A DNA stretch of 64,000 bases, taken from NCBI GenBank assembly GCA_965263045.1, contig CBDHGK010000041.1, positions 5,894,002-5,958,001 of the forward strand. The letters are read 5' to 3'. The notes beneath the pieces are model-generated. The model was not told the origin of the DNA, ran no database searches, and worked only from the letters and a program-made list of their open reading frames with translations. The translations under genes were made by a program, and so were the position numbers. Numbering within the stretch: the first letter of the stretch is position 1; the number at the start of each line of letters is the position of its first letter. Positions 1 to 8,320 of this stretch are shown here, in pieces. The DNA is from Terriglobia bacterium (GTDB lineage Bacteria > Acidobacteriota > Terriglobia > 20CM-2-55-15).

Positions 1-329
1 AGCTCGAGGGTCGCGACGTGTTCAGAGGGGGTGAAAACAACATCGTCGTGTACTCAATCAACGCGGTAACCGGAGAACCCACCGCAATCCAGCACATCGA
101 GACGCGTGCCATACATCCGCGCACCTTTCACATCGACCCGAGCGGGCGCTTGCTTGTGGCCGAGCACAATCTGGCTGTCAACATCAGAGACGGCGATGAA
201 ATACGGACCGCGTCCGCCGGCCTGTCGGTGTTCCGTATCGGCGATGACGGCAAGCTTACATACGTGCGCAAGTACGATGTGGATGTCGGCGACCAGACCA
301 TGTTCTGGATGGGAATGGTGGGGCTGTAA
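1..329 (+). CDS. C-terminal part (5' truncated at window edge) of a beta-propeller lactonase-family protein (6-phosphogluconolactonase / 3-carboxymuconate cycloisomerase-like)
   Basis: ORF 18..329 reads like the final propeller blades of the lactonase family (IDPSGRLLVAEHN, SVFRIGDDGKLTY). The reading frame is open to position 1. Confidence 0.5.
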   Translation, partial: LEGRDVFRGGENNIVVYSINAVTGEPTAIQHIETRAIHPRTFHIDPSGRLLVAEHNLAVNIRDGDEIRTASAGLSVFRIGDDGKLTYVRKYDVDVGDQTMFWMGMVGL

Positions 330-509
330 ACAGTCCGTAGATTCGTCACGCCGACTGGAGGGGCAGGCACGTTATCACCGGACCCGGCCTGGATTAGCGG
401 TGGATTTGCGGTGGGCCACTGGTTCGACGTGTGCCGAGACCACTTGGCGGAAGGAACAGGTGGCGCGGATTCGGCGTCACCTCCCACGGTGTTCAATATA
501 GAGGGACTT

Positions 510-1850
510 ATGACATCAGAGAATCAGCATCAGACCTTTGGGCGCCCCTGGCTGAAGATTGCCGCGCAAGCCGCGATCGCGGTGCACCTCATCGCGTTCG
601 GGTCCGCATTCGGGCCCGCGCTCGGTGCCCAGGGCAACGCCGGGCATTGGGTTGGCACCTGGGCGACGGCGCTGGTCGAGCGCCCCGTGGTCGTGGCTCG
701 GCAGGCGGACCGACAGGGACAGCGGGGGCAAGCGACCTCACGGGTATCCTCGTTCAACAACCAGACGCTTCGGCAGATCGTGCACGTGAGTCTCGGTGGG
801 CGCGAGATCCGCGTCGTCCTCAGCAACGCTTTCGGCACAGCGCCGCTAAAGATCGGTGCAGCGCACGTTGCGCGGCGCGATACGAATTCCACCATCGTCG
901 AGGCCACCGGCCGGCCCTTGATGTTCGACGGGAGCGCCGCCGTCACCATTCCGGCCGGAGCGTCCCTCACCAGCGATCCGGTCAACCTGGCCCTACCCTC
1001 GCTCTCGGACCTGGCGATCGACATTTACATTCCGGGCGACACAACAGCCGAGAATCTGGCGCTCACCACTCACAACGGCGCACAGCAGACGAGCTACGTT
1101 TCCACAGCTGGCGATCATGTGGGTGTGCTCGATCTTCCGCTCGCGAAGACGACTGGGTCGTGGTTCTTCCTGGCTCGTGTGGAAGTCATGGCGCCCGCAG
1201 CGGTCGGCGCCGTCGTTGCCTTTGGCGATTCGATCACCGACGGCACCCGCAGCACGCCGGACTCGAACAATCGCTGGCCGAATGAGCTCGCTCGACGCCT
1301 GAACGCGGAACAGACTGGCATGGCTGTGCTCGATCTCGGTATCGGGGGCAACCGGCTGCTGCTCGACGGCACCGGCCCCAACGCGCTGGCCCGGCTCGAT
1401 CGCGACGTGCTCGCGCAGCCGGGCATAACGCATTTGATCGTTCTTGAAGGCATCAACGACATCCGGCACACCGGCATCGACCGCGATCTCGGGATGCCTC
1501 CGGTGACGGTGGCCGACCTCATCATGGCCCATAAGCAGATTATCGAGCGGGCGCACGCGCACGGGGTGAAGGTAATCGGTGCAACGCTGACGCCGTTCGA
1601 AGGCAGCCTCTGGACCCCGGAGAACGAAGCCAAGCGCCAGGCGGTTAACGACTGGATTCAGAGCGGTGATGGTTATGACGCGTTCATAGATTTTGACGCG
1701 GTCACACGCGATCCGCGTCGTCCGACCCCACTGAATCCAATGTTCGATTCAGGCGATCACATTCATCCAAACGACGCCGGCTACCGCGCAATGGGGACCG
1801 CGATCGATCTGGCGGTCTTCGGGACCGGCCTGCTGTCGAACACGAACTGA
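510..1850 (+). CDS. Secreted SGNH/GDSL family hydrolase (lipase/esterase-like)
   Basis: GDSITDG block I motif and DHIHPNDAGY catalytic His block. ATG at 510 (MTSENQ...) is followed by a hydrophobic signal-like segment. The longer ORF starts at 411. Confidence 0.75.
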   Translation: MTSENQHQTFGRPWLKIAAQAAIAVHLIAFGSAFGPALGAQGNAGHWVGTWATALVERPVVVARQADRQGQRGQATSRVSSFNNQTLRQIVHVSLGGREIRVVLSNAFGTAPLKIGAAHVARRDTNSTIVEATGRPLMFDGSAAVTIPAGASLTSDPVNLALPSLSDLAIDIYIPGDTTAENLALTTHNGAQQTSYVSTAGDHVGVLDLPLAKTTGSWFFLARVEVMAPAAVGAVVAFGDSITDGTRSTPDSNNRWPNELARRLNAEQTGMAVLDLGIGGNRLLLDGTGPNALARLDRDVLAQPGITHLIVLEGINDIRHTGIDRDLGMPPVTVADLIMAHKQIIERAHAHGVKVIGATLTPFEGSLWTPENEAKRQAVNDWIQSGDGYDAFIDFDAVTRDPRRPTPLNPMFDSGDHIHPNDAGYRAMGTAIDLAVFGTGLLSNTN

Positions 1851-1975
1851 TGGGTGGTTGAAGCGGCGCCGTCCCCGGGGCACCGGCCGACCCGGGCCGT
1901 GCTTGCCTCAACATCACAGAGGCCGTCCCGCAGGGATGTTGTGCGACGACGCACTCAAATAGCGGGTTCTCTCGT

Positions 1976-2518
1976 GTGACGGAATCAAGGGCGAGTGCTT
2001 CGAGCTGGTATGTCCTGACCGGACGGCCGTGCTCAGGAATCAGCACGACGGTGGCAGCCCTGAGGGCTCGCGGTTATCGCACCGTACGGGAGGCCGCGCG
2101 CTCGATCATCGACGAAGGTGTCGCCGAGGGTCGGACCGCCGAGATGATTCGCTCCGACGACGCCCAGTTTCAGCGGGACGTACTGAAGCGAAAGGTCGAC
2201 TCCGAAAGAAGATTGCCCAAGGACACCGTCGTCTTCCTTGACCGCGGGCTGCCCGAGAGTATCGTCTATTACTCGATTGCCGGACTGGATCCAGAGGAAG
2301 TCGCCGGCGTCTGCAGCCGGGGAATCTATCGCAAAATATTCTTTATGGCGCCCCCGCCCTACGAGCCCAACTATGCCCGGAGTGAAAGCGCGGCGGTGCT
2401 CGAACAACTGGAGCGAGAGTTGAGGTCTGTCTATCTCGATCTGGGCTATGAGGTGGTGTTCATTCCGGTCGGGACTGTTGAAGCACGAGTCGAACGGATA
2501 CTCCAGCATGTCAGCTGA
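1976..2518 (+). CDS. AAA-family ATPase / P-loop NTPase (AAA_28-like)
   Basis: YVLTGRPCSGISTT P-loop-like motif near the N-terminus. Size is 180 aa. Confidence 0.45.
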   Translation: MTESRASASSWYVLTGRPCSGISTTVAALRARGYRTVREAARSIIDEGVAEGRTAEMIRSDDAQFQRDVLKRKVDSERRLPKDTVVFLDRGLPESIVYYSIAGLDPEEVAGVCSRGIYRKIFFMAPPPYEPNYARSESAAVLEQLERELRSVYLDLGYEVVFIPVGTVEARVERILQHVS

Positions 2519-2811
2519 GGCTTGGATTCTAAACTCTGACAGGGGCGACAGATTCACTTGGGCCTGTAGGCCCCCTACTGGAGGTGTGGCACCTGCCTCA
2601 CATAGGGCGTTTATCACGATCCTCTATCGTCGTTTCATGGGAGTCGAGATATCGCTTGGCCCCGATCCCTTCCATAGATTAGATTTGGCTCATTCTACGC
2701 CGATCTGGACGGTGTACATTAATTCAACCTTGATTATGAGGTTGAACGTGGATAGTGATAGTTGGGAGCATTTTCTGACGCTCAGCCAACGTGACCCATA
2801 GCGGTGCCGAC

Positions 2812-3444
2812 ATGCCCGATGACCACCATCATTCACACGATCCACAGGATGGCTCCGAATTGTCGGAAATGCAGATCAGGGTCCGTTCCCTGGAGACGGT
2901 TCTGTCGGAGAAGGGCTATATCGATCCGGCGGCGCTGGATGCCATCGTCGAGGCTTTTGAAACCCGCATCGGGCCGCACAATGGCGCGCAGGTTGTCGCC
3001 CGTGCCTGGAACGATCCACAGTTCAGGAGTGAACTCCTTGAGGATGCGACCCGGGCGGTCAATGCCATGGGCCATGTCAGCTCCGTCGGCAGCCATCTCA
3101 TTGCCGTTGCCAACACCGAATCGACGCACAATATCGTCGTGTGCACGCTCTGCTCCTGCTATCCATGGGAAGTGCTGGGGCTGCCTCCGGTCTGGTACAA
3201 ATCGGCGCCGTATCGTTCCCGGGTGGTGATCGAGCCCAGAAAGGTGCTGTCGGATTTCGGCCTTAGCCTGCCCACGGACACCGAGATCCGGGTCTGGGAT
3301 TCGACCGCGGAAACAAGGTTCCTGGTGGTGCCCGCCCGACCCGCCGGAACGGAAGGCTGGAGCGAGAAACAACTCGCCACCCTGGTCACCCGCGACAGCA
3401 TGATCGGTACGGGTCTGGCAAAGAACCCGGAAGACGCTGCGTGA
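2812..3444 (+). CDS. nthA: Nitrile hydratase alpha subunit, cobalt type
   Basis: VCTLCSCYPW metal-binding motif (Thr variant = Co-type), plus PPVWYKS and RVWDS blocks typical of NHase alpha. Start could be 2791 or 2812. Confidence 0.85.
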   Translation: MPDDHHHSHDPQDGSELSEMQIRVRSLETVLSEKGYIDPAALDAIVEAFETRIGPHNGAQVVARAWNDPQFRSELLEDATRAVNAMGHVSSVGSHLIAVANTESTHNIVVCTLCSCYPWEVLGLPPVWYKSAPYRSRVVIEPRKVLSDFGLSLPTDTEIRVWDSTAETRFLVVPARPAGTEGWSEKQLATLVTRDSMIGTGLAKNPEDAA

Positions 3445-4097
3445 CCAACTCGATCCACGACATGGGCGGCATGCACGGTTTTGGCCGGGTGCGTCCGGAA
3501 GCCGATGAGCCGGTATTCCACGAGCTCTGGGAAGGACGCGTCTATGCTATGCAGCGGGCCATGGGTCCCCTTGGCCTGTGGACCATCGATATGGCGCGCG
3601 CATCGCAGGAGACGCTGCCGCCGGATCTTTATCTCAGGGCGTCCTATTACGAACGCTGGCTGTGTGGTCTCGAGCGCCGCGTTGTCGAGCACAATCTCGC
3701 CGGTGCCGATGAACTCGAAGCGGGACAATCGCTCAGGACCGTCGACAAGCCTGATCGAATCTTCACGCCCGATGACGCGAGCCGCATGACGCGCGGAAGC
3801 TTCGAACGGGATGCATCGAACCCGCCCCGGTTCAAGGCCGGCGACGGCGTCCGGACGAGGAACAGCAACCCAGAGACGCATACGCGTTTGCCGCGCTATG
3901 CGCGGGACAAGTTGGGAGCAGTCGAAGCCGTTCGCGGATGCTACGTCTATCCCGACTCGGTCGCCGCAGGCGAGGGTGAAGATCCGCAATGGTTGTACAC
4001 CGTGATGTTTCACGGCCAGGAACTGTGGGGAGCAGGCAGCGATCCATCGGTGAAGGTTTCGATAGAGGCGTTCGAACCCTACCTGGTATCGGCATGA
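3441..4097 (+). CDS. nthB: Nitrile hydratase beta subunit
   Basis: N-terminal HDMGGMHGFG block and C-terminal YTVMFHGQELWG block typical of NHase beta. Its start overlaps the alpha-subunit stop (ATGA). Confidence 0.85.
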   Translation: MTNSIHDMGGMHGFGRVRPEADEPVFHELWEGRVYAMQRAMGPLGLWTIDMARASQETLPPDLYLRASYYERWLCGLERRVVEHNLAGADELEAGQSLRTVDKPDRIFTPDDASRMTRGSFERDASNPPRFKAGDGVRTRNSNPETHTRLPRYARDKLGAVEAVRGCYVYPDSVAAGEGEDPQWLYTVMFHGQELWGAGSDPSVKVSIEAFEPYLVSA

Positions 4098-4483
4098 GCG
4101 AGATCCACAGGGACACCGCGCGCCACGCCCTGGACGAGGTTCCCAGCATCCCGCGCAACGCTGACGGGCCAGTCTTCAGGGCGCCCTGGGAAGCACAGTC
4201 CTTTGCTATTACACTGGGACTCTACGATCAGGGCCTGTTCACGTGGAAAGAGTGGACGGCTGCGCTTGTCATGGAGATCAAACGCGCACAGGAAGCGGGC
4301 GATCCCGACACCGGCGAAACCTACTACCTGCACTGGCTCGCCGCCCTGGAACGGATCGTTGCGGAAAAGGGTGTGACCGACGCTTCGACGCTTGGCCGAT
4401 ATCGCGATGCGTGGCGTCGGGCCGCGGACCGAACGCCACATGGTCAGCCCATCCTCCTTGACCCCTGGGATATTGAGACCTGA
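4094..4483 (+). CDS. Nitrile hydratase accessory/activator protein (beta-homologue, P14K-like)
   Basis: About 129 aa with a FRAPWEAQSFAITLGL block that resembles the N-terminal region of the NHase beta subunit. ATG overlaps the beta-subunit stop (ATGA). Confidence 0.7.
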   Translation: MSEIHRDTARHALDEVPSIPRNADGPVFRAPWEAQSFAITLGLYDQGLFTWKEWTAALVMEIKRAQEAGDPDTGETYYLHWLAALERIVAEKGVTDASTLGRYRDAWRRAADRTPHGQPILLDPWDIET

Positions 4484-4690
4484 GCCTTCACTGGCGCTCG
4501 CATAACCTCCGCAATTCGGGGGCCCAATGGAGTCCTGGTAGCGGTCTGTGACTGCCCGATATTGAGCGTTCAGGCATAGGAGACCGACCGAAGGACGGTG
4601 GACCCTATGCTGAGAAATGCCCGCACCCACAGTGTAAACTCGACATTAACCACGGGCTGCTGACGCACCCTGGGTGTTAGCATCGATATC

Positions 4691-4882
4691 ATGTCCAACG
4701 AATCTCACGAGAACCCGCCGTTGCCCTGCGATGATCTGTCGCGAGCCGAGTACAGCGACGACGGCGTCGATCTCACGCTGATCCGATGGATGCTTTCGCT
4801 GACTCCCGCGCAGCGATTACAGGTGCTGCAGCAAAACGTCCGTTCGATCGAGAAGCTACATGGTCGACTCTCCAACCGTTGA
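4691..4882 (+). CDS. Small hypothetical protein (63 aa), possible partner of the downstream nucleotidyltransferase
   Basis: ORF with an ATG start. Its end overlaps the start of the nucleotidyltransferase reading frame. Confidence 0.3.
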   Translation: MSNESHENPPLPCDDLSRAEYSDDGVDLTLIRWMLSLTPAQRLQVLQQNVRSIEKLHGRLSNR

Positions 4883-5290
4883 TTTCGTCGCTATCCTCGA
4901 GACCCTGTCGGCGAACGCTGTCGACTTTGTCGTCGTGGGCGGGGTGTCGGCCGTGTTGAACGGGGCTCCCGTATCAACGTTTGATCTGGACATCAGCTGT
5001 TGTCTACACGATCGGGTCCTCTTTATGTGCTGGGAACGATCGGGCGAGGCCTGAGCTATGAGGACCTTGCTCCCCGTTGTTCGGATAGAGAGATTTCCAG
5101 CGGACTCGAGATTCGTGTTCTCAACCTGGAGACGCTGATCGAAATCAAGGAAGCGATAGCCAGTGAGAAGGACCAGGCGACACTACCGATACTGCGACGC
5201 GCTAGAGGCGATCCGGGACTCGAACAAGTGAACGGGCCATTCGCCCGACACACGAAGGTTGTTGTGAAAACGCAATGGCAGTGCTACTAA
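4860..5290 (+). pseudogene. Nucleotidyltransferase-family gene (MNT/AbiEii-like NTase fold), frameshifted and internally deleted
   Basis: The N-terminal VDFVVVGGVSAVLNGAPVSTFDLDI block is in frame 0 (4860..5054). The C-terminal block (IRVLNLETLIEIKEAIASEKDQATLPIL) is in frame 2 (4985..5290). The segment normally between them is absent. Confidence 0.5.
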
Positions 5291-5332
5291 GAGATGGCGG
5301 CCCGCTTGCGCGGCCACGAAAGGAAAACACTG

Positions 5333-6217
5333 ATGCGGCCTCTTTCTAAATCCGGAAACGTGCTTGCCTGCGTGTCGGTTTGCCTCATGTTTGCCGTGTC
5401 GGCCGGGGCGTATCCCGTTGTCTGGCATCTGTCGGACGAGGATTCAGACATCTACATCCTGGGAACAGTCCACGTCCTGCCACCCGGACTGGAATGGCAA
5501 AGCGACGAGATCAATGCCGCGTTCGAGGGCGCCGACACGATTTGGTTCGAGGCTCCCGTGGCGGATCCGGCGGCGCAGATGGAGACGGTGCAACTCATAT
5601 ATCAGTACGGACTCAACGAGCCGGACAATCCTCTCTCAGAGCAGATCAGTGCGGAAGGTCAGGCCTTACTCGCCGGGATCATATCCCGCTACGGCATCGG
5701 GGCGACCGACCTGGATGCCATGCGACCGTGGATGGCGGCAATGACGCTGAGTCTCGCCCTCATTCAATCGCTGGATTACGAGCCGAAATCCGGGGTGGAT
5801 TTCGTGCTGTGGAGAAAAGCCAACGGCAGCGGGAAAGAGATCGCGTACTTCGAAACGCTCGAACAACAGGTGCGCTTCATGGCGGACCTGCCGCCCGAGA
5901 TCGAGGCCGCCTACCTGGAACAAACCCTCAAGGATTTCGAAGGCAGCGAAGCCCAACTCGAAGAACTCGTTCAAGCATGGAACGCTGGAGACATTCGAAC
6001 GATAGACCGTGTGATGAACGGAGAAACGCGTGATGCGGCGCCGGAGGTCCACGATGTACTCCTCGTTGAGCGGAACCGGGTCTGGCTTCAGACGATCAAG
6101 GAAACGCTCGCGGGCTCGGGCACAGACTTCATGGCGGTGGGTGCGGGCCATGTGGCCGGGCCCGACGGCCTGATCGAACTCCTTCGCGCGGAAGGATTCG
6201 AGGTTGCCGGCCCATAA
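5333..6217 (+). CDS. TraB/GumN family protein (secreted)
   Basis: YILGTVHV motif and overall TraB/GumN-like sequence. Signal peptide begins at MRPLSKSGNVLACVSVCLMFAVSAGA. Confidence 0.7.
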   Translation: MRPLSKSGNVLACVSVCLMFAVSAGAYPVVWHLSDEDSDIYILGTVHVLPPGLEWQSDEINAAFEGADTIWFEAPVADPAAQMETVQLIYQYGLNEPDNPLSEQISAEGQALLAGIISRYGIGATDLDAMRPWMAAMTLSLALIQSLDYEPKSGVDFVLWRKANGSGKEIAYFETLEQQVRFMADLPPEIEAAYLEQTLKDFEGSEAQLEELVQAWNAGDIRTIDRVMNGETRDAAPEVHDVLLVERNRVWLQTIKETLAGSGTDFMAVGAGHVAGPDGLIELLRAEGFEVAGP

Positions 6218-6274
6218 GGCCTGACCGCGACAGGTGAATCCTCGTTGCGCCCCGCCTCTACCGGAGGAAGATTG

Positions 6275-7723
6275 ATGCGGACCCTGCCCAATGGTTTGAT
6301 TGCCCCCAATGGTGTGATCGCCTTTGTTAAGCGCGATTGTCCGACCTGCACCCTGGTCGAACCCGTACTGGAGCGAATCGGGAGTGCGCCCGGTTCATTG
6401 ACGGTTTATTCACAGGACGATCCGGACTTTCCAGCAAATGTCGCCAACGTGATTGACGACCGCAGTCTGGAACATTCCTATCTGTTTCAGATCGAGACGG
6501 TCCCGACCTTGCTCCGTGTTGAAAACGGTGGCGAGGTGGGCCGGACCCTTGGATGGCATCGCGCAGAGTGGGAGGCATTGAGCGGAATCGGCGGGCTCGG
6601 AGCAGGCCTGCCGGAAACCCAACCGGGATGCGGGTCGATAAGCGTGGAGCCCGGGACGGCCGAGCAGTTGGCCGTCCAATTTGGAGATGCCGTCCTGGCT
6701 GCCCGGAAAGTCGAGGTTGGGTCTTCAGAAGACGAAGTGGAGGCGTGCTTCGAACGTGGGTGGACCGACGGGCTGCCTGTGGTGCCCCCGACCGAAGGGA
6801 GGGTTGTGCGGATGCTGGAAGGCACCGGCCGTTCCCCCGATGAGGTGGTGGGAATCGTGCCACCCAACTACAACCGATGCACAGTTGAAAAGGTTGCGAT
6901 CAATGCAGTGATGGCCGGATGCAAGCCGGAGTATATGCCGGTAGTGCTGGCCGCTGTTGAAGCAGCGTTGATGGAAGAATTTGGAATGCACGGTCTGCTC
7001 GCAACCACGTTTTTTGCAGGACCGATGGTCGTCGTCAATGGACCAATTGCGCCCGAAATAGGGATGAATTCGGGGATCAACGTCCTGGGCCAGGGCAACC
7101 GGGCAAACGCCACCATTGGCCGAACGCTTCAACTGGTGATCCGCAACGTGGGCGGAGGGGTCCCGGGTGGGGTGGACCGGGCGATGCAGGGCAATCCGGG
7201 AAAGTATACGTTCTGTTTTGCGGAGCGGGCACAGGACTCGCCGTGGGATTCTCTGGCCCTCGAACGCGGATTCGCCCGGGGGGTATCCACCGTGTCGCTG
7301 TTCGCTGCCAGCGGGGTGACACCGATCATGGATACGGCATCCCGGGAGCCGGAGGGACTGTGCCGCTCCATTGCCGCCTGCCTCAAAGCCGTAGGGCACC
7401 CCAAGCATGCGAACGGTCCCGGCCCTGTGCTGGTGATTTCGCCCGAGCACACGCGTCGGTTCCAGGACGCGGGATGGTCGAAGGCCCGGTTTCGCGAGAT
7501 GCTGGATCGATGCCTGGAGGTTCCGGTCGCACAACTGGTTTCCGGGGCAGGGGGGATTGCGGAGGGGATTTCAGAAAAACGGGCGGCGGGTCGCGAGACG
7601 CTGCCCAAGTTTCGGCCGGGGACCTTACATATTGTACGGGCCGGTGGAGACGCAGGTTTGTTTTCATCGATCATTGGCAGTTGGGGAGGGAGTCAATCCG
7701 TTTCGAAGGAGATTGTGAAATGA
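6275..7723 (+). CDS. Thioredoxin-like domain protein (CPTC motif) with a large uncharacterised C-terminal domain
   Basis: N-terminal FVKRDCPTCTLVEPVLERIG thioredoxin-fold CxxC motif. The C-terminal domain is unrecognised. Stop overlaps the start of the UGSC selenoprotein (ATGA). Alternative start at 6245. Confidence 0.5.
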   Translation: MRTLPNGLIAPNGVIAFVKRDCPTCTLVEPVLERIGSAPGSLTVYSQDDPDFPANVANVIDDRSLEHSYLFQIETVPTLLRVENGGEVGRTLGWHRAEWEALSGIGGLGAGLPETQPGCGSISVEPGTAEQLAVQFGDAVLAARKVEVGSSEDEVEACFERGWTDGLPVVPPTEGRVVRMLEGTGRSPDEVVGIVPPNYNRCTVEKVAINAVMAGCKPEYMPVVLAAVEAALMEEFGMHGLLATTFFAGPMVVVNGPIAPEIGMNSGINVLGQGNRANATIGRTLQLVIRNVGGGVPGGVDRAMQGNPGKYTFCFAERAQDSPWDSLALERGFARGVSTVSLFAASGVTPIMDTASREPEGLCRSIAACLKAVGHPKHANGPGPVLVISPEHTRRFQDAGWSKARFREMLDRCLEVPVAQLVSGAGGIAEGISEKRAAGRETLPKFRPGTLHIVRAGGDAGLFSSIIGSWGGSQSVSKEIVK

Positions 7724-8241
7724 AGGAGACACTTGTGATACTGGATCCCACGTCAGAACAGCAACCGGCCGAGCGCAAACGTGTGGATCGGCCCGAATCG
7801 CTGGAGGGCTTGACGATTGGATTGCTGGATATTTCAAAAAACCGGGGTGACGTCTTTCTGGACCAGGTGGCATCCCGTTTGGTCGACCGGGGCTTGAACA
7901 TAAAGCGCTATCGGAAGCCGACGTTTACGCGGCCGGCGCCTGTAGGGCTCCAGCAGAGGATTGCCACAGAGTGCGATGTTGTTGTGGAAGGTCTGGCCGA
8001 CTGAGGGTCGTGTACAACGTGCAGTGTGCACGATACGACCAATTTCGAAGGCCGGGGTATTCCGGCCGCATTCGTAGCGTCGGAGCCGTTTCGAGAAGCC
8101 GCCACTGTCCAGGCGACGGCATTGGGACTGGATGCTGCTCGGATCTTTGTTCCACACCCGATTCAGGATCGGACGGATGCTGAAATGCGGGCGCTTGCGG
8201 ATGGGGCTCTCGAAGCACTTGTAAAATCCGTTTCGGCCTGA
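7720..8241 (+). CDS. UGSC-family selenoprotein, with an in-frame UGA at 8002-8004 read as selenocysteine
   Basis: ORFs 7243..8004 and 8026..8241 share one frame and are separated only by TGA. Translation across it gives ...VVEGLAD-U-GSCTTCSVHD..., the exact UGSC motif. A hairpin lies 3-35 nt downstream. Confidence 0.7.
8007..8039 (+). promoter_or_regulatory. Candidate bacterial SECIS hairpin for the UGSC selenoprotein
   Basis: GTCGT...CGTGCA-GTG-TGCACG...ACGAC stem-loop. The apical GUG loop sits about 22 nt after the UGA. Confidence 0.4.
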
Positions 8242-8320
8242 AATCGGCCACGCCTGCAGCAGGTGTAGCGTAGGTCCGGAAGACACCGGGGACGCACAGA
8301 AGACCTAGATTGGAGGGACT

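Noticed and set aside
431-1285. 284-aa Arg/Gly-rich ORF overlapping the SGNH hydrolase gene in another frame
   Set aside because: It is a low-complexity translation typical of off-frame reading in high-GC DNA. The in-frame SGNH motifs identify the real gene.
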